Positions 1 to 9,077 of a DNA stretch of 64,000 bases are shown here, piece by piece. The stretch lies in contig DATIOK010000068.1 of NCBI GenBank assembly GCA_035473255.1, forward strand, positions 11,858 through 75,857, written 5' to 3'. This DNA comes from Gaiellales bacterium. GTDB taxonomy: Bacteria; Actinomycetota; Thermoleophilia; Gaiellales; JAICJC01. The position numbers and the translations under genes are program-made. Each line of letters opens with the position of its first letter. The stretch's first letter is position 1. The notes beneath the pieces are model-generated. The model was not told where the DNA came from. It searched no databases and saw nothing but the letters and a program-made list of their open reading frames with translations.

Positions 1-169
1 CCACGACCTGGATCCCCCAGATCACGGCGCGGATGCGGTCGGCCTGGCTGCTCGACGGAGCGGTCAGCCAGATGGTGACCTGCGCGATCGGCAGCCAGGA
101 GGCAACCACGAGGCAGACGCCGAATCGGATGCGAAGCGCACGGGCCCGCGGGTTCTCGATCGGTTCCAC
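1..169 (-). CDS. partial CDS (N-terminus only; continues beyond the left edge), putative membrane protein
   Basis: Own translation of the minus strand from GTG at 169..167 gives VEPIENPRARALRIRFGVCLVVASWLPIAQVTIWLTAPSSSQADRIRAVIWGIQVV, open to position 1. It has a hydrophobic TM-like stretch. It is below the ORF-track length cutoff. Confidence 0.3.
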   Translation of the reverse strand, partial: MEPIENPRARALRIRFGVCLVVASWLPIAQVTIWLTAPSSSQADRIRAVIWGIQVV

Positions 170-204
170 GGCCAGTCAGCGTACCGCATCGGGCTGCGCG
201 TCTC

Positions 205-987
205 CTAGCAGGCCTGGTGCAGGTGATAGCCGGGGAAGCGCCGGTGCGCGGCCGCCCACGTGCGGAAGTGCTTGAGGTATCTGGCGCTGAGCTCGCGCCA
301 GGCGCTGTCATCGGCGCAGTAGATGGTGCTGGCCGTGCCGAAGCTGGAGGCGTAGTAGCCGCCCGTGTTCGAGCCGCCAGCGGGCGCGGACGGGCCGCCG
401 GCGGCGGTGGGGCTGCCGCCCACGTAGCGCCGGTACGCGGCCACCCAGTCTCGCGCCTCGATGCGCTGCGCTTTGCGCAGCGCGAGCCGCCCTGAGCAGA
501 CCAGCTCATGCAGCCGGTTCTCGAGCACATCCTTGGTGTGGGCGCCCCACCGGCCGGCGTAGGGCTCGGGCCACAGGTTCGCGATCGCGTTCGACCCGCC
601 GATCTCGAGGGACACGAGGTGATCGACCTCGTGGGCATACGGGGCGTGCACGACCCCGTAGCGATCGTAGACTGCGGTCGCCTCCGCCTGCGGGACGTTT
701 CGCACCGACGCCGAGTAGCCTGACACGCAGATCCGCGCCTTGCCCACGGCGAACTCCGCCCCTGGCGTCAGATGGCGGCGTGGCACGTCCACAGCCGGCA
801 CGCCGCCCCGCCGCGTTGCGGCCGGCGGGTGCGCGTGGTGGTGCGGGTGGTGGTGGGCATGGCGCTGGCGGGCAGCGGTCGGGTTCGAGATCGCCCCGCT
901 CTGCCGGGAGGACGCCGGCTGCGCGACGCCGGTGGAGGTGCAGCCCGCGGTCACCAGCATCAACACTGCGGCCGCCCGGTACCTCAC
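205..987 (-). CDS. lipoprotein-type secreted HNH (His-Me finger) endonuclease-family protein with His-rich tract
   Basis: C-terminal 260 codons of ORF 205..1284. GTG at 987..985 gives VRYRAAAVLMLVTAGC, a lipobox-like signal. HEVDHLVSLEIGGSN...NLWPEP is an HNH-type motif. His tract HAHHHPHHHAH lies at 832..861. The upstream 99 codons are Arg/Pro-rich and judged non-coding. Confidence 0.65.
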   Translation of the reverse strand: MRYRAAAVLMLVTAGCTSTGVAQPASSRQSGAISNPTAARQRHAHHHPHHHAHPPAATRRGGVPAVDVPRRHLTPGAEFAVGKARICVSGYSASVRNVPQAEATAVYDRYGVVHAPYAHEVDHLVSLEIGGSNAIANLWPEPYAGRWGAHTKDVLENRLHELVCSGRLALRKAQRIEARDWVAAYRRYVGGSPTAAGGPSAPAGGSNTGGYYASSFGTASTIYCADDSAWRELSARYLKHFRTWAAAHRRFPGYHLHQAC

Positions 988-1058
988 GGGTGCGCCGTCC
1001 GCTGGGCGATATCGGCCATGGGCGAATCGTAGGCGTACCGGTGCTAGCCTGGCCGCCC

Positions 1059-1478
1059 ATGCGACGCGAGATCCAGCCCGGCTACGAGCTTGACGACGAC
1101 CGCGAGCGCATCGACGTGGCCGCGGTGCACCGGTTCCTCTCGGAGGAGGCGTACTGGGCGCTGGGCCGGCCCTTCGACACGGTGGCGCTGCTGGTGCGCA
1201 ACTCCTACCGCGTGCTCGGCCTGTATCACGACGATGCCCTGGTCGGCTACTGCCGGGCCGTCTCCGACGGCGCCGTCCACGCATACCTGGCCGACGTCTA
1301 CGTGCTCGAGCAGCACCGCGGCAGGGGGTTGGGCGAAGCGATGGTGCGGGAGATGGTGGATTCCGGCGAGTTGGCCAACGCCCGCTGGATGCTGCACACC
1401 GGTGACATGCAGCCGCTGTACCGGAAGCTCGGATTCGGAGCCGCCAGCGAGCGGGCCATGGAACGCCCGTCCCGCTGA
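1059..1478 (+). CDS. GNAT family N-acetyltransferase
   Basis: ATG at 1059, in frame with ORF 780..1478. The acetyl-CoA-binding motif EQHRGRGLGEAMV (Q/RxxGxG/A) is present. Size of about 139 aa is typical. The N-terminal part of the track ORF is Arg/Gly-rich junk. Confidence 0.8.
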   Translation: MRREIQPGYELDDDRERIDVAAVHRFLSEEAYWALGRPFDTVALLVRNSYRVLGLYHDDALVGYCRAVSDGAVHAYLADVYVLEQHRGRGLGEAMVREMVDSGELANARWMLHTGDMQPLYRKLGFGAASERAMERPSR

Positions 1479-1484
1479 ATCAGC

Positions 1485-2453
1485 TCAGCGCAGGAGGATC
1501 TTTCCGTGGTGGCCTTTCACGGTCTTCGAACCGCCGGCGAGTCGTGAGGCCAACCGGCCGAGGGTGTGGGTTCTGCTGCCGGTGTTGACCACGACCATCC
1601 CGTGCTTGAACGTGCGGGTGATGATCGCGCCGTTGACCCTCATCTTGGCCGTTGGCTTGCCCAGCTTGCCCGCGCGGTTGAAGAAGTTCCACCACTTGCC
1701 GGCCTGCTGATCCGTGCCGACGCTGATGCGGTCGCCCGCGCCGTACCCCGAAAGGAACAGCGTGAAGCCGTAGCGAGCGCCACTCTCGGTGCCGAGCTTG
1801 GCGAAGCAGAGGCACTTGGTATGGCGCAGCACGTCCAGGGAGCGAGACGCGGACACGCGAGCGAACATCTCGTAAGCGACCATGTAGTTGGCGCCGCGGG
1901 CGGCGATCAGGTTGTTGGCGGCCACGCCCCACTTGCTTGAGGCCTTGTCCACGTAGCTGGCGAGACCTAGCGTCTGCTGCGTCCACCCGTTCAGGCTGAC
2001 GTTCGGGTGCAGATTGGTGCGGGAGTAGCCGTCGCTGCCCATCGCGTCCAGGAAGCAGAACGAAGGGCTGCCCTGGCAGTTCTTCACGACCTGCTTGCGC
2101 CAACCGGCGCTGGCCGGATTCATCACGTAGAAGCCCCGCGCCTTGTCACGGACTCGGGCGCCACCCGCCGTGTGCATGTACCACGACTCCGGGTACGTGC
2201 CGATCCGCGAGCGGGTGCCTTTGGTATAGAGCCCGGTGTGGGCGGAGCGGTAGCCCCTCTTCAGCTGCGCTTTCTGGATCGTGATGGTCGGGAAGTGCGA
2301 CCGGACGAAGGATGGGGAAGGCGCAACCCTGGGATGGAGGTGCAGTGGTGCGTACAGCCTGTCGAGCACGTTCGCTTGGGCTGCAGCCGGAGCCGCCGCG
2401 AGAACCGATATGGCCGTGATCGCGATCAACAGGCGTGAACGCATGAGCAACAA
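1485..2453 (-). CDS. secreted protein of unknown function
   Basis: 322-aa ORF with a clear signal peptide (MLLMRSRLLIAITAISVLAAAPAAAQA). Amino-acid composition is balanced (W, Y, K, N, F present), unlike shadow ORFs. No family recognised with confidence. Confidence 0.7.
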   Translation of the reverse strand: MLLMRSRLLIAITAISVLAAAPAAAQANVLDRLYAPLHLHPRVAPSPSFVRSHFPTITIQKAQLKRGYRSAHTGLYTKGTRSRIGTYPESWYMHTAGGARVRDKARGFYVMNPASAGWRKQVVKNCQGSPSFCFLDAMGSDGYSRTNLHPNVSLNGWTQQTLGLASYVDKASSKWGVAANNLIAARGANYMVAYEMFARVSASRSLDVLRHTKCLCFAKLGTESGARYGFTLFLSGYGAGDRISVGTDQQAGKWWNFFNRAGKLGKPTAKMRVNGAIITRTFKHGMVVVNTGSRTHTLGRLASRLAGGSKTVKGHHGKILLR

Positions 2454-2516
2454 TCTCCTTGGCTTTGGTCGGGGCGCAACGCTGGTACCCGGTTGCGAAT
2501 GTGAAGCCTCGGAAGC

Positions 2517-2538
2517 TCACGGTAAATGGTCACGGTAA
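2517..2538. promoter_or_regulatory. tandem direct repeat TCACGGTAA-N4-TCACGGTAA in divergent intergenic region
   Basis: Read directly: tcacggtaa (2517..2525), atgg, tcacggtaa (2530..2538). It sits in the relatively AT-richer 238-nt gap between divergent genes 1485..2453(-) and 2692..3351(+). Function not established. Confidence 0.25.
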
Positions 2539-2691
2539 GGGGTATGAATGCCTGATGTACGCGACCCGTAAAGATTCAGCCAAGAGCGTGAGGGCGCGAT
2601 CATCAACGCGGGCGCGAGCGACGCCCGTCCAGACTCGGCTACGCTACGCGGTGGCTGGGCTCTGCTTTGTGGTGCAGATGCTCTTGTCGAC

Positions 2692-3351
2692 TTGCAAGCT
2701 GTCATGTACATCCGTGCTGGAGACGTGGGCGACTCTCGTTCCAGATCCCTGCTTTGCGCGGCGGCTGTGGTCGTCGGCCTGCTGCTATCCGGATGCGCGA
2801 GTTCCTCGAGCAGCGGTGGTAGCTCGAGCGCTGCCCCGTCACCCAGCGGCGGTCAGACCGGCACCTACACGCCGGCCAGCGGCACCACCCAGAGCGGCGT
2901 CCTGTTCCCCGTCTACACGAACACGACGGCCGGCTACTCGTTCGAGTACCCGGGCGGCTGGCGAGTCATCGAGAAGGGCAGTGGCGTTCGGATCTCACGC
3001 TTCGGTAACGCCGTCACCGTTGTGGTTCGGCCGCGCCAGCAGGCACCGTCCTCCAAGGACTACCAGAAGCAGCTCGAGGCCATGCTGCGGCGGCATGACG
3101 ACAAGATCATCTCCAAGATCGTTCGGCCTGCCGGCGTGATCAAGGTCGGCAATGACAACGTGACGATGGCGGTGATCGAGCAGGTGCGGCCGACGGGGCC
3201 CGCGGCGGATGCGCCCAAGGACACGCTGGTCGTCAACCGCTACCTGTTCTGGAAAGACGGCAAGCTCCTGCTGCTCTCGATGAGCTCGGTGAAGGGCGTC
3301 GACAACAGCGACGCCTGGAACCTGATGGCCAACTCCTTCAAGTGGAACTGA
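2692..3351 (+). CDS. lipoprotein of unknown function
   Basis: Lipobox LLSGC preceded by a hydrophobic stretch and followed by a Ser/Gly-rich linker (ASSSSSGGSSSAAPSPSGG), then a globular domain. The start could instead be ATG 2704 (MYIRAG...). Confidence 0.7.
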   Translation: MQAVMYIRAGDVGDSRSRSLLCAAAVVVGLLLSGCASSSSSGGSSSAAPSPSGGQTGTYTPASGTTQSGVLFPVYTNTTAGYSFEYPGGWRVIEKGSGVRISRFGNAVTVVVRPRQQAPSSKDYQKQLEAMLRRHDDKIISKIVRPAGVIKVGNDNVTMAVIEQVRPTGPAADAPKDTLVVNRYLFWKDGKLLLLSMSSVKGVDNSDAWNLMANSFKWN

Positions 3352-3378
3352 GCCGGCAGAGCCGCTAGGCTCGGCCGC

Positions 3379-4020
3379 GTGATCGTCACCGACGCAGTCA
3401 GTGGCTACCTGCTCGAGTCGCGTCCACAGCCCGACGCGCTGCTCCTGGAGATGGAAGAGCACGGCCGCCGGGACAACATCCCGATCGTCGTGCCTTCGAC
3501 CGGGGCGCTGCTGGGCGTGCTCGCCGCCGCCTGCGGCGCCAGGCGCGTCGTGGAGGTGGGCACCGCGATCGGCGTCTCCACGCTCTACATCGCGCGCGCG
3601 ATGGCCCCCGACGGGCTGATCGTCTCGTTCGAGATCGATCCCGAGCGCCAGCGGGCCGCGCGCACCTACCTCGACCGCGCCGGCGTCGGCGAGCGTGCCG
3701 ACCTGCGGCTTCTCGATGCCGGTGAGGGTCTGGCCGAGCTCGACCTCGAGGCCTGGGACATGGTCTTCCTGGACGGCATCAAGGGCGACTACCCAGCTCA
3801 CCTGGAGCTGGCCTTGCCGCTGCTGCGAAGCGGCGGCTTGGTAGTGGTCGATAACACCCTTTTGAGCGGCCTCGTGGCCGAGGGACGCGCGGGTGGCGGC
3901 TGGAGCGAGGAGGCGATTGCGACGATGCGACGCGTCAACTCGTCGTTGCTCGAGCGCTCGGACATGGTGGCCGCACTGCTGCCGGTCGGCGACGGCGTGC
4001 TGGTCGGGGTGCGGCGGTGA
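3379..4020 (+). CDS. class I SAM-dependent O-methyltransferase (family 3, caffeoyl-CoA OMT/YrrM-like)
   Basis: SAM-binding VVEVGTAIGVST (motif I), DMVFLDGIKGDY and LRSGGLVVVDN are typical of O-methyltransferase family 3. GTG start. Confidence 0.85.
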   Translation: MIVTDAVSGYLLESRPQPDALLLEMEEHGRRDNIPIVVPSTGALLGVLAAACGARRVVEVGTAIGVSTLYIARAMAPDGLIVSFEIDPERQRAARTYLDRAGVGERADLRLLDAGEGLAELDLEAWDMVFLDGIKGDYPAHLELALPLLRSGGLVVVDNTLLSGLVAEGRAGGGWSEEAIATMRRVNSSLLERSDMVAALLPVGDGVLVGVRR

Positions 4021-5066
4021 AGAAGCTGGCCGCCGCCGTGCTGCTGGTCGTGGCGCTGGCCGCGCCCAGCCAGGCGCACGCACTCACCCGCGGCACGCAC
4101 GTGGAGGTGTTCAAGGGCGGCCTCAACCAGGTTGTCGACATGGCGCACGTGCCGAGGTCGACGACGTTGTTCTACACGGAGAAGACGGGCGCGATCCGGG
4201 TGATCGTGGCCCACCGGCTGCTGCCGACGCCGTGCGTCACCCTGGACGTGGTCAGCGACGGCGAGCGCGGCGCGCTCGGCCTGGCGCTCGACCCCGACTA
4301 CCGCACCAACCATTACCTGTACGTGTACTTCACGAAGCGGTCGCCGCTCGAGAACCGGGTGACGCGCTTCACGGTGACCAACAACCGCTGCAGGCATGCC
4401 CATCCCCTGATCACCGGGATCCCGACGGTGGCCGGCTACCACAACGGCGGGCAGCTGTTCTTCCTGGGCAGCAAGCTGTTCGTCACCGTCGGCGAAAACC
4501 ACGATGCCGGGAACGCCCAGAACCTCCACACCCGGCTGGGAAAGGTGCTGCGCTACAACCGCGACGGGTCGATCCCGCGCACCAACCCGATCCTGGGCGG
4601 TCACCGCACCGCGATCTGGTCGTACGGGCACCGCAACGGCTTCGGGCTGACGGCCAAGCCGAACACGAACCTGCTGTACGAGACCGAAAACGGCCCCAAC
4701 TGCGACGACGAGCTGAACCACATCATGAAGGGGCGCAACTACGGCTGGGGTAACGGTTATGTGTGCGGCACCAACGGCGTGGGGCCGCGGCCGGTGGCAC
4801 CGCTGAAGCGCTGGACGCCGACGATCGCCCCGACCGACCCCTGGTGGTACCGGGGTCGCATCAAGCGCATGCGCGGATCGATCTACATGGGCGACTACAA
4901 CACCGGCACGCTGCGCCGGATCACGCTGAACCGGGCGGGCACGGCGGTGAAGTCGATCTCGCTCACCTACCACGCGCCGGCCGGGATCATCGATGTCTCG
5001 TCCGGGCCGGGCCGGTGGCTGTACTTCGCCACCCAGAGCGCGATCTACCGGATCGTCAAGAACTAG
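4017..5066 (+). CDS. PQQ-dependent sugar dehydrogenase (soluble glucose/sorbosone dehydrogenase beta-propeller family), secreted
   Basis: Signal peptide MKKLAAAVLLVVALAAPSQAHA. Family-typical strings are GLALDPDY, HNGGQLFF, GENHDAGNAQN...LGKVLRYNRDGSIP, YGHRNGFGL and ETENGPNCDDELN...GRNYGWG. GTG 4017 overlaps the upstream TGA (GTGA). Confidence 0.8.
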   Translation: MKKLAAAVLLVVALAAPSQAHALTRGTHVEVFKGGLNQVVDMAHVPRSTTLFYTEKTGAIRVIVAHRLLPTPCVTLDVVSDGERGALGLALDPDYRTNHYLYVYFTKRSPLENRVTRFTVTNNRCRHAHPLITGIPTVAGYHNGGQLFFLGSKLFVTVGENHDAGNAQNLHTRLGKVLRYNRDGSIPRTNPILGGHRTAIWSYGHRNGFGLTAKPNTNLLYETENGPNCDDELNHIMKGRNYGWGNGYVCGTNGVGPRPVAPLKRWTPTIAPTDPWWYRGRIKRMRGSIYMGDYNTGTLRRITLNRAGTAVKSISLTYHAPAGIIDVSSGPGRWLYFATQSAIYRIVKN

Positions 5067-5081
5067 GCGCGAAGCGCGCCA
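5067..5081 (+). terminator. weak GC hairpin after the dehydrogenase gene (candidate terminator)
   Basis: ggcgcg-aag-cgcgcc is a 6-bp stem directly after the TAG at 5064..5066. There is no U-tract, so this is only a candidate. Confidence 0.2.
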
Positions 5082-5103
5082 TCTGGCCGCAGGAGCGCGC
5101 CGA

Positions 5104-5176
5104 TGGGGGCGGCTGGGATCGAACCAGCGACCAACCCGTTATGAGCGGGCTGCTCTAACCGCTGAGCTACACCCCC
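5104..5176 (-). tRNA. tRNA-Met (anticodon CAT), elongator-like; CCA not encoded
   Basis: Hand-folded cloverleaf from the reverse complement: acceptor GGGGGTG/CGCCCCC, D arm GCTC-AGCGGTTA-GAGC. The anticodon arm is GCCCG-CTCATAA-CGGGT, the variable loop is TGGTC, and the T arm is GCTGG-TTCGATC-CCAGC, with discriminator A. A lysidine-modified tRNA-Ile2 cannot be excluded from sequence alone. Confidence 0.9.
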
Positions 5177-5276
5177 GAAGGGCGCGTACCATGGTAAACG
5201 GTGACGCGCTTCACATTCCCTTCCAATGGTCGAGGCCGACCGTTCAAACCATCACCGTCGGCGGAACGTAGAACAG

Positions 5277-5987
5277 ATGGACATCGAGCATGGAGAGGGC
5301 GTGGGGCACATCATCGCAGACGCCGAGCATGAGATCTTCGACGGGCTGAACGACGCCGACCTGGCCGACCTGGACGACCGTTTCGCCATGGCGACGTTCC
5401 GCAAGGGCGAGCTGATCTACTCGCCGTTCGATCGCGGCGAGGCGATGTTCCTGATCGAGAGCGGCCGGGTGCGGCTGTTCCGGAGCGCGGCGGACGGGCG
5501 CCAGGTGACGCTGTCGATGCTCGACCCGGGTGCGACCTTCGGGCAGGTGTCGGTGCTGGACGAGCCCATGCACGACGCGTACGCCGAGGCGATGACCGAC
5601 TCCGTGGTGCGAATCCTGCGCGTGGCCGACCTCGAGCGCACGATCGGCGAGCACCCGCGGATGGCGCTGAACCTGATGCGATCGCTATCGGAGCGGCTGC
5701 GGACGGCCGAGGACCAGATCGAGGCGCTGGCGTTTCGCCCGGTGCCATCACGGCTGGCCGGCAAACTGCTGGAGCTGATGGACCGGTACGGCAGGGTTAC
5801 CCCCAACGGCATCCGGATCGACGAGCGCTTCACCCACATGCAGCTGGCCGAGATGATCGGCACCAGCCGCGAGACGCTGACGAAGGTGCTGAACGAGATG
5901 CGCGACGCCGGTCTGATCGACGTCCGCGAGCGCCTCATCTGGGTGCTCGACGCCGACGGGCTCGAGCGGCTCAAGACCAGCAGCTGA
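5277..5987 (+). CDS. Crp/Fnr family transcriptional regulator
   Basis: N-terminal cNMP-binding-type beta-barrel ([28 protein letters not shown]) and C-terminal HTH ([23 protein letters not shown]). ATG 5277 preferred over the ORF-track start at 5226. Confidence 0.85.
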   Translation: MDIEHGEGVGHIIADAEHEIFDGLNDADLADLDDRFAMATFRKGELIYSPFDRGEAMFLIESGRVRLFRSAADGRQVTLSMLDPGATFGQVSVLDEPMHDAYAEAMTDSVVRILRVADLERTIGEHPRMALNLMRSLSERLRTAEDQIEALAFRPVPSRLAGKLLELMDRYGRVTPNGIRIDERFTHMQLAEMIGTSRETLTKVLNEMRDAGLIDVRERLIWVLDADGLERLKTSS

Positions 5988-6043
5988 GCGGCGGCAGCGG
6001 CCCGCGACTGCACTACACTTCCGTCCAGAACTTCGGACGGAGG

Positions 6044-6934
6044 ATGTCAGTGGCTGAAACCGGAACCATGCGTGTCAAGAGCGGCCTCGCCGAGATGCTC
6101 AAGGGTGGCGTGATCATGGACGTGACCAACGCCGAGCAGGCGCGGATCGCCGAGGACGCGGGCGCGTGCGCGGTGATGGCGCTCGAGCGCGTGCCGGCCG
6201 ACATCCGCCGCGACGGCGGCGTCGCCCGGATGGCCGATCCCACCAAGATCCGTGAGATCCAGCAGACGGTCACGATCCCGGTGATGGCCAAGGCCCGCAT
6301 AGGCCACTTCGTCGAGGCCCAGATCCTTGAGGCGCTCGAGGTCGACTACATCGACGAGTCCGAAGTGCTGACGCCCGCCGATGAGGCCAACCACATCAAC
6401 AAGTGGGACTTCAAGGTGCCCTTCGTGTGCGGCGCCACCAACCTGGGCGAGGCGCTGCGCCGAATCGCCGAGGGCGCGGCCATGATTCGCAGCAAGGGCG
6501 AGGCCGGCACCGGCAACGTGGTCGAGGCCACCCGCCACATGCGGTCGATCCTGGGCGACATCCGCCGGCTGCAGTCAATGGACGAGAACGAGCTGTACTC
6601 GGCCGCCAAGGAGCACCGTGCCCCCTACGACCTGATCCGCAACGTGGCCGAGAACGGCCGGCTGCCGGTGGTCACGTTCACCGCCGGCGGGCTCGCCACC
6701 CCGGCCGATGCGGCCATGATGATGCAGCTGGGAGCCGACGGCGTGTTCGTCGGCTCCGGCATCTTCAAGAGCGGCGACCCCGCCCAGCGAGCGTCCGCCA
6801 TCGTCAAGGCCACCACCCACTTCAACGACGCGGCCGTGCTGGCCGAGGTGTCGACCGGCCTGGGCGAGCCCATGGTCGGGATCGAGATGTCGGAGCTGGG
6901 CGAGGACGGTCTGCTGCAGACGCGTGGCTGGTAA
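6044..6934 (+). CDS. pdxS: pyridoxal 5'-phosphate synthase lyase subunit PdxS
   Basis: Hallmark PdxS/SNZ strings are present: [80 protein letters not shown]. Confidence 0.95.
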   Translation: MSVAETGTMRVKSGLAEMLKGGVIMDVTNAEQARIAEDAGACAVMALERVPADIRRDGGVARMADPTKIREIQQTVTIPVMAKARIGHFVEAQILEALEVDYIDESEVLTPADEANHINKWDFKVPFVCGATNLGEALRRIAEGAAMIRSKGEAGTGNVVEATRHMRSILGDIRRLQSMDENELYSAAKEHRAPYDLIRNVAENGRLPVVTFTAGGLATPADAAMMMQLGADGVFVGSGIFKSGDPAQRASAIVKATTHFNDAAVLAEVSTGLGEPMVGIEMSELGEDGLLQTRGW

Positions 6935-7523
6935 GGTCGGAGTCCTCGCCCTGCAGGGCGCATTCCGGGAGCACTGCCGGGCGCTGGCCGACGTCGGAGT
7001 GGAGCCGGTCGAGGTGCGGCAGGCGGGCGAGCTGGCCGGGCTGGAGGGCCTGGTGATCCCGGGCGGTGAGTCGACGACCATGTCCAAGCTGATGGTCGCC
7101 TACGGGCTGGAGGCGCCGATCCGCGAACTGCGCGCCGCGGGCGCCCCCGTGTTCGGCACCTGCGCCGGCATGATCCTGGCGGCTCGCGACGCCGTCGACG
7201 GCCTGCCCGACCAGCGCTACCTGGGTCTGATCGACATCGTCGTGCGGCGCAACGCCTTCGGCCGCCAGGTGGCCAGCTTCGAGGCCGCGCTGGCGCTGGC
7301 CGGCGATCCCGAGCCGGTCACCGGCGTCTTCATCAGGGCACCCTGGATCGAGTCGGCAGGCGACGGCGTGCAGGTGCTCGCAGAGCATGGCGGCCACGCG
7401 GTGGCCGCGCAGCAGGGGTCGGTGCTGGTGACGGCGTTCCACCCCGAGCTGACCGGCGACCGGCGGCTGCACCGGCGCTTCGCCGAGATGGTGGAGCGGG
7501 CGCGGGGGGCGGTGGCGGCATGA
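6924..7523 (+). CDS. pdxT: pyridoxal 5'-phosphate synthase glutaminase subunit PdxT
   Basis: [25 protein letters not shown] (Cys nucleophile) and AFHPELT (His) are present. It lies directly after pdxS. GTG 6924 overlaps the pdxS end by 11 nt; the exact start is uncertain. Confidence 0.9.
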   Translation: MAGKVGVLALQGAFREHCRALADVGVEPVEVRQAGELAGLEGLVIPGGESTTMSKLMVAYGLEAPIRELRAAGAPVFGTCAGMILAARDAVDGLPDQRYLGLIDIVVRRNAFGRQVASFEAALALAGDPEPVTGVFIRAPWIESAGDGVQVLAEHGGHAVAAQQGSVLVTAFHPELTGDRRLHRRFAEMVERARGAVAA

Positions 7524-8272
7524 GCGGCCACTCGAAATGGTCGACCATCAAACACAAGAAGGGTGCCGAGGACAAGAAGCGCGGCAAGCTCTTCACGAAG
7601 CTGTCGCGGGCCATCATCGTGGCCGCCAAGGAGGGCGGCCCCGACCCGGCCGCGAACGCGTCGCTGGCGGCCGCGATCGCCAAGGCACGGTCGTATTCGA
7701 TGCCGAAGGACAATATCGAGCGGGCCGTGCAGCGCGGCGCCGGCAGCGGCGAGGGCACCGACGCGTACGACGCGATCACGTACGAGGGCTACGGGCCGGA
7801 GGGCGTCGCGATCATCGTCGAGGCGCTGACCGACAACCGCAACCGCACCGCCGCCGACGTGCGCGCGATCTTCAGCAAGCACAATGCCAGCCTGGGCACG
7901 CCGGGCTCGGTGGCGTGGCAGTTCGAGCGCAAGGGCGTGGTGCTGGTGTCGTCCGACCAGCTGGACGAGGACGAGATTGTGCTGCAGGCGGCCGACGCCG
8001 GTGCGCAGGACGCGCAGCTGGACGGCGATGTCTGGCAGGTGACCACCGACGCCGGAGACCTGGGGGTGGTGCGAGACGCGCTCGAGGCGTCCGGCGTGCC
8101 GATCAGCTCGGCCGAGCTGACCCTGGTGCCCAAGAACACCGTTGCGCTGGACGAGGACGCTGCCCGCAAGCTGCTGCGCCTGATCGACGCGCTCGAGGAC
8201 AACGACGACGTGCAGGATGTCTACGCCAACTTCGACATCCCCGACGCCGTGCTCGAGGCGGTGGCGGGCTAG
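7520..8272 (+). CDS. yebC: YebC/PmpR family DNA-binding transcriptional regulator
   Basis: N-terminus [28 protein letters not shown] and YEGYGPEGVAIIVEALTDNRNRT are diagnostic. ATGA overlap with pdxT. Confidence 0.9.
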   Translation: MSGHSKWSTIKHKKGAEDKKRGKLFTKLSRAIIVAAKEGGPDPAANASLAAAIAKARSYSMPKDNIERAVQRGAGSGEGTDAYDAITYEGYGPEGVAIIVEALTDNRNRTAADVRAIFSKHNASLGTPGSVAWQFERKGVVLVSSDQLDEDEIVLQAADAGAQDAQLDGDVWQVTTDAGDLGVVRDALEASGVPISSAELTLVPKNTVALDEDAARKLLRLIDALEDNDDVQDVYANFDIPDAVLEAVAG

Positions 8273-8985
8273 CCAGCCGCCGGGCGGAACCGCAGCACGT
8301 AGCGCACGCACAGGTAGAGCACCAGCGCCGCGACGGCGCCGATCGCGATCAGGCCGATCACCTTGCTGGCCGAGCCGAAGCGGTCGATCAGGGTCGACAC
8401 GGAGCTCGAGAACAGGTAGCCGAGCCCGCCGACCAGGATCGCCCACACGGCGGCGCCCAGGGCGTCCGCAAACAGGTAGCGGTGGAACGGCATGCGGGTG
8501 CTGCCCGAGACGATCGCCAGCTTGGTGCGAATGCCCGCGATCAGCCTGCCGGCGGCCACCGCACGGGAGCCGTAGCGTCTCATGAAGACGTGGACGGAGC
8601 TGTCCTCGTGCACCCCGAAGCGGCGCAGCACGCCGGGGCCGGCGGCGCGCCCGATGCCGTACGCGCAGAGGTCGCCGGCCAGCGCGAATGCCCACGCCAC
8701 CAGCACCACGAGCGGCAGGCTGAACTGGTTGGAGGTGGCCGCGGCAGCGGCGGCGGCAAGCAGCACGATCTCGCCCGAGGAGGGCAGCCCGAAGCTGTCG
8801 CCGAATGCGCCGATCGCCACTCCCAGGTACCCGTAGTCGTGCAGCAGCGAGTCGGCGCTGGGCAGATCGACGTGCGTCAGTACCTGCCAGATCACGAGAC
8901 CCGCCACGGCGACGGCCGAGAATGCCGCCGCCAACCGCAGCACGGGCGGCAGCCACCACCGCGCGGCCGGGCGGCTGATCTCCAT
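8269..8985 (-). CDS. DedA family membrane protein
   Basis: ATG at 8985..8983 (MEISRPAARWW...), in frame with ORF 8269..9597. It has multiple TM segments. GLPSSGEIVLL and AGRLIAGIRTKLAIVSG resemble the DedA/SNARE-associated motifs. The upstream 200 codons of the track ORF are Arg/Pro-rich artefact. Confidence 0.8.
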   Translation of the reverse strand: MEISRPAARWWLPPVLRLAAAFSAVAVAGLVIWQVLTHVDLPSADSLLHDYGYLGVAIGAFGDSFGLPSSGEIVLLAAAAAAATSNQFSLPLVVLVAWAFALAGDLCAYGIGRAAGPGVLRRFGVHEDSSVHVFMRRYGSRAVAAGRLIAGIRTKLAIVSGSTRMPFHRYLFADALGAAVWAILVGGLGYLFSSSVSTLIDRFGSASKVIGLIAIGAVAALVLYLCVRYVLRFRPAAG

Positions 8986-9077
8986 GCGATGGACTGTACC
9001 GGGGCACGATTCGGAGGGGCTTGGCAGCGGGAACACCCGTTCGGTCGCGTCCGCCCACGCCGGTAGACTGCGGCCAG

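Noticed and set aside
988-1284. Arg-rich N-terminal extension of ORF 205..1284, and the N-terminal 93 codons of ORF 780..1478
   Set aside because: The two extensions overlap each other on opposite strands and consist of R, G, P, A runs. The internal starts (GTG 987 with a lipobox signal; ATG 1059 for the GNAT) give sensible proteins.
5067-5276. tRNA-Met as an integration hotspot (looked for an integrase, a duplicated tRNA 3' end or att-like repeats nearby)
   Set aside because: The flanking genes are an ordinary dehydrogenase and a Crp/Fnr regulator. There is no recombinase, and I could not see a partial tRNA duplicate.
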